A stretch of 64,000 nucleotides of DNA from Candidatus Bathyarchaeia archaeon. GTDB lineage: Archaea; Thermoproteota; Bathyarchaeia; Bathyarchaeales; Bathycorpusculaceae. The translations under genes were made by a program, and so were the position numbers. The stretch lies in contig JBEKHN010000011.1 of NCBI GenBank assembly GCA_050012255.1, positions 1 through 64,000 on the forward strand, written 5' to 3'. Shown here one piece after another: positions 56,554 to 64,000 of this stretch; position 1 is the first letter of the stretch, and each line of letters opens with the position of its first letter. The notes under the pieces were generated by a model. That model saw nothing but the letters and a program-made list of their open reading frames with translations. It did not search any database and was not told the DNA's origin.

Positions 56554-58167
56554 ATGAAATACTGCATGAAAAGTCTGGCACATAACGGAATCTATGTTCC
56601 CCAGTATGAATACAAAGGGTTTTCCGTCAGGATTCAGGGACAACCAGTAAAGTTGGGTCCGAAGACAGAGCAAATGGCAATCTTCTGGATAAGAAAGAGA
56701 CAGTCACCAACTTCTCCTCCCGGCAAAGTTTTCTACAGGAATTTTATCCAGGATTTCCTGACAGCTTTGAGGTCAGAAAACGCCTCACTGCGGTTTCTTG
56801 AGAGCTTCGAAACCGAGCATTTGAGCAGCCTAGACAAAGATGACAACGAATGGCTGAACGACGGAAACACCGGCGTCGACTTCTCCGAAGTGGCGGCTTA
56901 TCTGCTACAGGAACAGCAGAAAAAGCTGAACGTATCCAAAGAGGAAAAGAAGAGACTTGCGGCCGAGAGGAAAGCGGCGAGGGAGACTTTGAGAGAAAAG
57001 TATGGTTACGCTGTAGTTGATGGGAACAGGCTTGAAATAGCAAACTGGACCGCAGAGCCATCATGCATATTCGCAGGCAGGGGAGAACATCCGAAACGGG
57101 GGAAATGGAAAGAGGGGCCAATGCAAGAGGACATAATTCTCAACCTGCATCCTGACGGCCCCATGCCTTCAGGGAACTGGAAGGGCAGAGTCTGGGAAGC
57201 CGAAAAGATGTACCTTGCCAAATGGGAGGACAAACTCACTGGAAAGATGAAATACGTCTGGTTTTCCGATTCCGCCTTCTTGAAACAGAAGGCTGAGGAA
57301 GAAAAGTTCAGAAAGGCTGAGAAGCTGAGCAAAGAGATTCCAAAGATCAAAACTCACTTAATGAAGAACTTGGAATCTGAGGATTTGGATAGGCGAAAAC
57401 TGGCCACTGTTAGCTGGCTGATTCTTGAAGTGAACATGAGGGTAGGCGACGAGAAAGATCCCGGAGAAGCAGACACTGTCGGAGCAATAACCCTGAGGCC
57501 GGAACACATCAAGATTGAAGGAAACACTTTGAACTTCGACTTTTTGGGCAAAGACTGCGTCAGATGGACCAAGAAAGTTGAAGCACCGCATGTCATCATC
57601 AAGAACATCGAGAGATTCTCAAAAGAATGCAAAGAATATCTTTTCGAAGGAACAGACTCGAGAAAAGTGTCAAGATTCCTCTCCGAGAAAATGAAGGGCT
57701 TAACGGCCAAGGTGTTTAGAACTTGGAGATGTACAACCACTGTCCGTGAACACCTGCAAAACTGCAAAACAAACAAGGAAGATCCAGAATATGTGAAGCA
57801 ATATTGTGCCAAGAACGCTAATCTGGAAGCGGCCAAAATAGCCAACCACAAGCGGAAGATCCCTCCAAATTTCGAGGAGAGACTCGCCAAAAAGCGTGAC
57901 AGAGTCAAAGAACTCGAAATGAAGCTAAATGAGAAAACAGAACAAGGCAAGAAGACAGACACTCTTGTTAAAAGACTCGAAAAGAGCAGGCTTGATCTGA
58001 GACTGTCAGAGGAGACTAAAGAGTACAACCTTGGAACTTCTCTTAGATCCTACATTGATCCCATGACTTACGTGAAATGGGCCGAACAGGTAGAGTTTCC
58101 TTTGGAGAAGTTTTATCCGAAGACCTTGAGAAATAAGTTCAGTTGGGCGCTAAGAAGAAAGTGCTAA
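56554..58167 (+). CDS. DNA topoisomerase IB, eukaryote-like
   Basis: L.HNG, EP..IF.GRG.HP.RG.WK, MRVGDEKD..EADTVG, FDFLGKD, GLTAKVFRT, NHKR, LGTSLRSYIDP (catalytic Tyr). Confidence 0.96.
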   Translation: MKYCMKSLAHNGIYVPQYEYKGFSVRIQGQPVKLGPKTEQMAIFWIRKRQSPTSPPGKVFYRNFIQDFLTALRSENASLRFLESFETEHLSSLDKDDNEWLNDGNTGVDFSEVAAYLLQEQQKKLNVSKEEKKRLAAERKAARETLREKYGYAVVDGNRLEIANWTAEPSCIFAGRGEHPKRGKWKEGPMQEDIILNLHPDGPMPSGNWKGRVWEAEKMYLAKWEDKLTGKMKYVWFSDSAFLKQKAEEEKFRKAEKLSKEIPKIKTHLMKNLESEDLDRRKLATVSWLILEVNMRVGDEKDPGEADTVGAITLRPEHIKIEGNTLNFDFLGKDCVRWTKKVEAPHVIIKNIERFSKECKEYLFEGTDSRKVSRFLSEKMKGLTAKVFRTWRCTTTVREHLQNCKTNKEDPEYVKQYCAKNANLEAAKIANHKRKIPPNFEERLAKKRDRVKELEMKLNEKTEQGKKTDTLVKRLEKSRLDLRLSEETKEYNLGTSLRSYIDPMTYVKWAEQVEFPLEKFYPKTLRNKFSWALRRKC

Positions 58168-58366
58168 ACCCTTGTTGTTTTGGGTTCACTGAGGAGAATG
58201 GTAGAACTGCTTTTTGAGCGGGGAAAGGGGAAAATCAAAAATTGCTTTCTACCATCCTCCACGGTTAAGATTAAATTGCGTTGTACTCTTAACCTTGTCG
58301 TAATCTCTGGCTCTTCGGAACTTTGTCCCATGACAGATGGGACGCATGAGAGACAATGTTAGTTTC

Positions 58367-58444
58367 TGGTGGACGGGCCGGGATTTGAACCCGGGGCCTC
58401 CACGATGCCAACGTGGCGATCGTACCAGGCTGATCTACCCGCCC
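58367..58444 (-). tRNA. tRNA-Ala(GGC), intronless, CCA encoded
   Basis: GGGCGGGTAGATCAGCCTGGTACGATCG-CCACG-TTGGCAT-CGTGG-AGGCCCCGGGTTCAAATCCCGGCCCGTCCACCA; G3:U70 identity pair. Confidence 0.97.
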
Positions 58445-58513
58445 GTTGATGTTGGTTCTGCAACTTAACCGTTTATGACAAGCTATAAGCATTTCTTAAC
58501 GGTGCCAGCACAA

Positions 58514-59935
58514 CTAGCCGTAATGTAAGTACTGCGATAGTGTCTTCTGCATTGCCTTTGGTTTGCTGGAAAGTTCCTTCCACAGGTTTCCATCATTGTA
58601 GCTGTTCAGCTTTGAAATTGTCTTGTCAATCAGCGGTCGCGGAAAGACTCCACTAGCTTCGTAGTACTTTCTGTCTTTCGCAAGGTTCTTTGCAGCCTCG
58701 GCACACGAGCGAGGCAAAAGTCTGAATCGCTTCTCTTTATGGCGCACAGGGTCTGCATGCAAGTCTTCGGCGATCTTCAGCGATTCCTTAGAGTTTTCCA
58801 ACCCGTAGTTTGCGGCTATGGCTAATCCTGCAAAGAGCAGGTGAGCGTTAGCGAAGGCGTCGGGAGCTCTGTATTCGAAGGTCTCTCTGCAACTTTCAGT
58901 CTTGCCGATTTTCTGCTTGAACTTCCACCAGAGAGGTATCCGGATCAAGGCGAGACGGTTTCTCGCACTCCAGCAGATGTGCATGGGCGATTCACTGCGC
59001 GCAATGAAACGCAAGTACGACACTGGGGTTGGGTTTCCGAAGGCGGCGAGGCTTGGAGCGAACTTTAATAATCCACCAATCATGCTTAAGGCTTCGATGC
59101 TTACGTCTCCTTCACGGTTAGCAACGATGTTAGTCCCATCCTTCAGCGCGCACATGTGAACGTGCATTCCACTTCCCGCATGGTTCAAGTCAATCTTTGG
59201 AACAAACGAGACAGACACACCGTGTCTCATACAGACATTTCGGACAACCCACTTTGACACTGCTATCGTGTCAGCCATGTCTGGGAGGTCCTCCGGTGCG
59301 AACTCGATTTCATGCTGCTCCCAAATCTTGCCGTCACTTCCCACTGCGCGGCCAACTTCACCATGCGCGTACTTAGTCGGTACTCCAATAACATCTAGCG
59401 TGGCCAAGACTTCGTTCCGAATGCCTTCAAACTTTGCGAAGGGGGAGGATTCATGATAATTCTTGTCTGGTGCACCTAGAAAAAGCATTTCAGTCTGTCT
59501 TTCGGCAATTATGTAGAATTCAAGCTCAGCCATGGCCTTTAAGGCAATGCTGCTCGAAGACCGCGGCTTTTCTTCAGCCTTAGCCAATACGTTTTCGGGA
59601 GCAATGTTCAACGGTTTCCCATTCTCATCCAAATACTCGCACAAAATGTTCAACGTTGGCAGTATCGCAAAAGGGTTTACGAAAGCTTTGCCCAGACGAG
59701 GCGATATATAAATGTCACTCTTCGCCGGGTCGATAAACGAAAATAGACTTGAGCCGTCAACTCTTTCACCGAACTCCAAGATCTCATGAACCCTGTTCTT
59801 ATTCGCAGTGGAAAAGCTAAGGGTCTTCAGCCTCCCCTCCTCCGGAATGTGGCAGAGGTTCAGTATCTTTATGTTGTTTTCTGAGATGAACTTGAGGACG
59901 GCCTCTTTTCCAGAGAAGTTCAACGTGTCGTACAT
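58514..59935 (-). CDS. glnA: Glutamine synthetase family protein (type I-like)
   Basis: VDGSS, ELEFY, HGEVG, QHEIEF, GSGMHVH, GNP...SY.R, RNR.ALIRIP, EYRAPD. Confidence 0.85.
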   Translation of the reverse strand: MYDTLNFSGKEAVLKFISENNIKILNLCHIPEEGRLKTLSFSTANKNRVHEILEFGERVDGSSLFSFIDPAKSDIYISPRLGKAFVNPFAILPTLNILCEYLDENGKPLNIAPENVLAKAEEKPRSSSSIALKAMAELEFYIIAERQTEMLFLGAPDKNYHESSPFAKFEGIRNEVLATLDVIGVPTKYAHGEVGRAVGSDGKIWEQHEIEFAPEDLPDMADTIAVSKWVVRNVCMRHGVSVSFVPKIDLNHAGSGMHVHMCALKDGTNIVANREGDVSIEALSMIGGLLKFAPSLAAFGNPTPVSYLRFIARSESPMHICWSARNRLALIRIPLWWKFKQKIGKTESCRETFEYRAPDAFANAHLLFAGLAIAANYGLENSKESLKIAEDLHADPVRHKEKRFRLLPRSCAEAAKNLAKDRKYYEASGVFPRPLIDKTISKLNSYNDGNLWKELSSKPKAMQKTLSQYLHYG

Positions 59936-60142
59936 GAATACGCCTTCCCGCGAGCACCTAAGTGACTCTAGAAAACCGATATTTTAACTCTCTCCACGGG
60001 GATCTTCCATTCAGCACAACCTGCTGCACATTATTCTTAATAAGGATAGGTAGCTCTTCACAACGATACATTTTGAGGATTCGCTAAGTTTATTTACAAA
60101 GCATGGTCTGTAATAGGATGACCAAACAGCGGAGAAACAGTG

Positions 60143-60697
60143 ATGTCGAAGAAGATTCCATCGAAAGATGAAGCGCTAGAAGCCCTAGACTTCATCGTCA
60201 ATGTTCTCAAGGAGCACGAAAAGGACTTGGACAGGCTGATCAACGAACTAGGCAACGTAACCGAAAAGATGGGCGACACAGGCGAACTTAGCGGAAAAGT
60301 CGAAAAAGTCGAAGAGCGATTGACCACGCTGCAGAACGAAATAACAAACCTCATCACTTACCTTTCTGCCTCACAAGAGTCACAGCCAGTCACGCCGCAA
60401 CTCTTACAGGGAGCAAAAAGCGAAAACATGCAGGTTAAGGAAACACGAGGGCCCCCAGTGATTCTTCGATGCAAACTGTGGGAGGACTTTCAAACGATGG
60501 CTACTCAGGCTCAGACGCTCTCTTTCATGTACCGAGAGGCAGAGAAAGCGTTTCAGGTAGACGCAGTAAAGGACAACCAGATCATCACCTACAGCGGCCA
60601 GCTGCCTAAGGAAGCATCAATGTTGAAAGCATGGCTTTCGAAACAGCTGGACGTTCCAGAAAAGAAGATTTTGGAAGGCATTTTGGCCATAGGCTAG
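60143..60697 (+). CDS. Hypothetical protein with N-terminal coiled coil
   Basis: ALEALDFIVNVLKEHEKDLDRLINEL heptads, then a small globular domain; GGAGA SD upstream. Confidence 0.75.
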   Translation: MSKKIPSKDEALEALDFIVNVLKEHEKDLDRLINELGNVTEKMGDTGELSGKVEKVEERLTTLQNEITNLITYLSASQESQPVTPQLLQGAKSENMQVKETRGPPVILRCKLWEDFQTMATQAQTLSFMYREAEKAFQVDAVKDNQIITYSGQLPKEASMLKAWLSKQLDVPEKKILEGILAIG

Positions 60698-60874
60698 CAT
60701 CATTTTCAAATTGGCGTATGTTTTCTAGCTAAACAAGGTTTTTATAGTGGGCTTGACTCGTAAGTCTTACGATGTGCTGGAGGGCCAAGGTTGAAGGCTA
60801 ACCACAAAAGCCAAAATGGTTTTTTTCCGTTCTCGAAGCCTTCTCCTTTCTCCTCAGTGACGGAAAATGGCTGA

Positions 60875-61081
60875 GTGGTTAGCCAAAAAACGATGAAAAC
60901 CCTCGGCACACCACAAAACCTGGAGACCAAAGCCATGGACCAAAAGAGCGCAGTAGTACAAAAGATGCACGAAGAATTCACTAGTTTCCGCAGCACGATG
61001 GAAGAACTGTACATGCTGAAGAAAGTGGCCGCAGACTTGAGAAGCTATAGAAGAATGATAAAACTGAAAAAGTACGACTGA
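60875..61081 (+). CDS. Possible small hypothetical protein
   Basis: 68 aa helical ORF with typical strand purine bias; no family recognised. Confidence 0.4.
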   Translation: MVSQKTMKTLGTPQNLETKAMDQKSAVVQKMHEEFTSFRSTMEELYMLKKVAADLRSYRRMIKLKKYD

Positions 61082-61409
61082 CGTGCGCCCCAATTTGGTA
61101 AAGATCGCCATTCAGCCCTCGCCTCAAAGTTGACACTTAACGGATCGTTCTCTTTGAAAACTGCCTGTGACTTCTAAGCCCCATTTCTAGTATGGATACC
61201 GCTATTAAACAATAATGGGCGGAAACCCATTGAATCACAGTTTTTTACTCGAGGCCTTCTCGGTTATTCTTCGGGATACTTCCTATTGGCGGCCTTAGCC
61301 CTAAGAAGGATTCTAGCAATATTCCCTGTTCACGCACTTCCATCAACAATGCATTGGTGTGCAAAAACTTATCCTTGTGCCAAACCATAGATCAGAAAGA
61401 TGATCACTC

Positions 61410-61907
61410 ATGAAAGAGAAGACCTCAAACAATGTTCATGAGGCTTTCGTCGGCGAAGCCAAGGCTTTTCAAAGGCTTTTGATGTTCGCAAAAAAAGCAG
61501 AAATGGAAGAACTTCCGCAGATAGCCCACTTGTTTAGAGCTGTCGCTGCGGCTGAAGGAGTCCATGCGCGCAGGCATTTCGCTTTGTTGGAGTCCGTTGC
61601 AGACACGCAGACCAATCTGGAGAGAGCGTTCCAATCAGAGAACGCAGTGAACGCAGTCCACTACCCGAGGATGCTCCAAGAGGCCGAACAAGAAGGTGAA
61701 GAGGCAGCCGTTCTAGTTTTCTCGCAGGCCAGGGATGTCGAGGCGGAGCATGCTAACCTCTACAAAAGAGCTTTGAGTCACTTGATAGCACAACGCTCCA
61801 CAGACTACTATGTCTGCACAGTCTGCGGCCACGTTTCCGAACGCGAACCGCCTGAGACATGCCCAATCTGCGGCGCATCCAAATCGGCCTTTGAGAAAGT
61901 TCCCTAG
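61410..61907 (+). CDS. Rubrerythrin
   Basis: AFVGEA, AEGVHA, VEAEHA, C-terminal CTVCG...CPICG. Confidence 0.92.
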   Translation: MKEKTSNNVHEAFVGEAKAFQRLLMFAKKAEMEELPQIAHLFRAVAAAEGVHARRHFALLESVADTQTNLERAFQSENAVNAVHYPRMLQEAEQEGEEAAVLVFSQARDVEAEHANLYKRALSHLIAQRSTDYYVCTVCGHVSEREPPETCPICGASKSAFEKVP

Positions 61908-62000
61908 AAACGCAACTAAACACACACGTTAGCGCACGCTGTCAGAAAGGTATTGAAGGGACCTTCATCATTATTCTTTGGAAACAACTGCGTGGATAGC

Positions 62001-62327
62001 ATGGAGTTTTGTGATAAATGCGGTTCCCGCATGACCAGAACAAAGGAAGGCTTTCTGTGTCCAAAGTGCGGGGTTGCAATTCCTGCGAAGTCTGAAACGC
62101 CGGTGGGGAAGCAAAGGAAAAGAAATGATTTTGGGTACATTTACGTGTCCGGCCCCTCAGAAGGCGGCTATTCAAAGGTTTCCCGACGATGTCCACGATG
62201 CGGAAACACGAAAGCGTTCCGCTCGTCGTCCGGAATTCTTGGCGAGCACGCAGGCATCGGGCGAGAAAGAACACTAGAGCATTTCAGATGCACAAAGTGC
62301 GCCTACTCTTGGACAGAACAATCCTAG
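62001..62327 (+). CDS. TFS/RpoM-like double zinc-ribbon protein lacking the catalytic DE motif
   Basis: MEFCDKCGSRM...CPKCG; CPRCGN..A...FRCTKC.YSW.E. Confidence 0.8.
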   Translation: MEFCDKCGSRMTRTKEGFLCPKCGVAIPAKSETPVGKQRKRNDFGYIYVSGPSEGGYSKVSRRCPRCGNTKAFRSSSGILGEHAGIGRERTLEHFRCTKCAYSWTEQS

Positions 62328-62572
62328 GACGGTGACGATTGATTCGGGGCTTTTTGCCTCTCTATGTGAACAGCAATAATATATCCGCCAAAAACACCGC
62401 AAAGCAAAGAAGCTGAACACTGAAGCAGCCACAGCAAGACAGTCTCTCTGGGGAAGTAGGTTTGCCCCGAATAAGACAATATTCTCAACACAACATAACT
62501 GAAATTAACCAAAGAGATCCCTATTAGCGCAATCCCTACAGCCAAGTATTCTTTCATCCCTTCGTTCACCAT
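62324..62572 (-). CDS. Small two-TM hypothetical protein
   Basis: 82 aa with two hydrophobic segments. Confidence 0.55.
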   Translation of the reverse strand: MVNEGMKEYLAVGIALIGISLVNFSYVVLRILSYSGQTYFPRETVLLWLLQCSASLLCGVFGGYIIAVHIERQKAPNQSSPS

Positions 62573-62865
62573 GCCTATTCCTCATTGTTAAGAATTTATG
62601 GTTTTCCAATGGTAATGCTGGACAACCTTTTTGGAAGATCTGTTAGCACGGGCATTCCGAATGAAGACACGTTTGTGACTGATTTCGAACGTTTCTTAAC
62701 AGTTAATGGTTATTGAAAACCGGCTCCCTCGTTTCTTGGTGACCACGTCAGGTATTCATGGAATACGCTTTTCTCATGCGCTCAATCTCCGCTTCTTCGG
62801 AGCCAAGGAAGGGAAGAGGAGCCCCTTGAGGCAGGGCAACGCCAATTCCGTTTGGCCCAAGACTG

Positions 62866-64000
62866 TTACGCGTAATGTTCCAGACGTTGGGCGTACCGCT
62901 TGTAGAACGTCCTTTTCAGAGATTCCACTAGTGTTAGGTAGGCCACGATGAAAGCTGCTAGGAACGGGAAGAACTCGAGCGGAGGTGCGACAAATCCAAA
63001 CACGGCACCTAATGGTGTGTAAGGCAGGAACAGAGCTACGCCGACGATCGTTATGCTTGTCACCAACAAAGGCTTGCTCGGCTTGCTTCTGTAGAAAGGT
63101 GACTTTCTTGTTCTTATTGCAAATATGACTAGCGTCTGCGTGCACAAGGACTCGATGAACCAGGCCGTTTGAAACAGCGAATCGAAGTGAGCGTACATGC
63201 TGAAAACTTGAAACATGATGAGGAATGTTAAGAAGTCAAAGATCGAGCTTATCGGTCCGAAGAAAATCATGAAATTCCTTATATAATTAGTATCTAGTCT
63301 CTTTGGTTTTTGGATGTATTCTTTGTCGACGTTGTCTGTTGGGATGGTCACCTCGGACACGTCGTACAGCATGTTGTTAAGAAGTATTTGTGTTGGAAGC
63401 ATTGGATAGAATGTCAAGAACACAGATGCTCCCGCGGCGCTGAACATGTTTCCGAAATTCGAGCTAATGGCCATCAAAATGTACTTCATCGTATTACCGA
63501 AAGTCTTTCTACCTTCCAGAACCCCCGCACTCAACACCGTCAGGTCCTTGCGCAGCAGTATGATGTCAGCTGACTCCTTGGCAACGTCAACAGCGTTCTC
63601 AACGGATATCCCAACGTCTGCTATATGCATTGACGTTGCATCGTTTATGCCGTCTCCAAGAAAACCAACGACGTGTCCATTCCTTTTCAAAGCGTTCATG
63701 ATTCTATCCTTTTGGGCTGGGCTAACCCTCGCAAAGACGTTGGCTCCTTCCACAACTCTTGCAAGAGCATTATCTTGAGCCCTAGCAACATCGCTTCCGA
63801 GAACAATCCCTTTGATCTCGAATCCGAGCTGTTCACAGACTTTCTTGGTGACCAGCTCATTATCACCGGTAAGAATCTTCAACTCTATTCCTGCTTCTTT
63901 TAAGAGCTGTAGCGATTCTCTAGAACTCTCCTTAGGTGGGTCCATAAAGGCTACAAAGCCCAAGAAAATCATGTTCGTCTCATCTTTCACGGAATAGGTT
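62866..64000 (-). CDS. P-type Mg2+-transporting ATPase (MgtA/B-like), 5' part outside window
   Basis: F.DPPK, LTGDN, FARVSP.QK, LGDGIND, SSNFGNMFS, PMLP.QIL.NN.LYD, GPISSIFD, FQTAWFIES. Confidence 0.92.
   Translation of the reverse strand, partial: TYSVKDETNMIFLGFVAFMDPPKESSRESLQLLKEAGIELKILTGDNELVTKKVCEQLGFEIKGIVLGSDVARAQDNALARVVEGANVFARVSPAQKDRIMNALKRNGHVVGFLGDGINDATSMHIADVGISVENAVDVAKESADIILLRKDLTVLSAGVLEGRKTFGNTMKYILMAISSNFGNMFSAAGASVFLTFYPMLPTQILLNNMLYDVSEVTIPTDNVDKEYIQKPKRLDTNYIRNFMIFFGPISSIFDFLTFLIMFQVFSMYAHFDSLFQTAWFIESLCTQTLVIFAIRTRKSPFYRSKPSKPLLVTSITIVGVALFLPYTPLGAVFGFVAPPLEFFPFLAAFIVAYLTLVESLKRTFYKRYAQRLEHYA

Noticed and set aside
61156-61246. Hairpin AATGGG-CGGAAA-CCCATT within a possible larger stem upstream of rubrerythrin
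   Set aside because: Stems are short enough to arise by chance and match no RNA family I recognise
98-63997. Numerous antisense and alternate-frame ORFs in the track (e.g. 1096-1578, 5623-6141, 23106-23720, 57354-58028)
   Set aside because: They shadow well-identified genes and show no family motifs
1-64000. CRISPR array, cas genes, integrase, transposase, rRNA
   Set aside because: No repeat-spacer periodicity or recognisable motifs; the only long tandem repeats are in-frame protein repeats

Overview
Gene-dense archaeal chromosome segment, most consistent with Bathyarchaeia (TACK). Indicators are archaeal EF-1alpha/uS7/uS12, a short XPF, a eukaryote-like topoisomerase IB, form III RuBisCO and a PQQ-repeat/dockerin surface protein; the taxonomic call is inference. 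Core content: a fragmented str locus; RuBisCO III with R15P isomerase; IorAB with a tryptophanase/TPL-family lyase; hbd, crt, acyl-CoA dehydrogenase and CoA-transferase; LipS1, LipS2 and LplA; a seven-gene CoA biosynthesis operon; RbkR, Dpo4, JAMM, CysRS, TopoIB, tRNA-Ala(GGC), glutamine synthetase, rubrerythrin and a partial Mg-type P-ATPase. An accessory patch at about 17.3-21.4 kb holds the surface protein, a tRNA 3' relic, hicBA and repeated (CG)n motifs. No CRISPR array, integrase or transposase was seen. Best candidates for new biology: (1) a 50.5-56 kb cluster of membrane proteins with polyproline tails plus two unrelated proteins sharing one aromatic zinc-ribbon tail, next to a truncated GH3 ligase; (2) a dispersed intergenic A(CG)3-4CT motif bracketing accessory genes; (3) hypervariable codons within near-identical 120-bp propeller repeats; (4) an acyl-CoA dehydrogenase with a winged-helix-like tail; (5) a HExxH protease next to TopoIB; (6) a TFS paralogue lacking the catalytic DE. 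All calls come from motif recognition by eye; no searches were run and several start codons are estimates.
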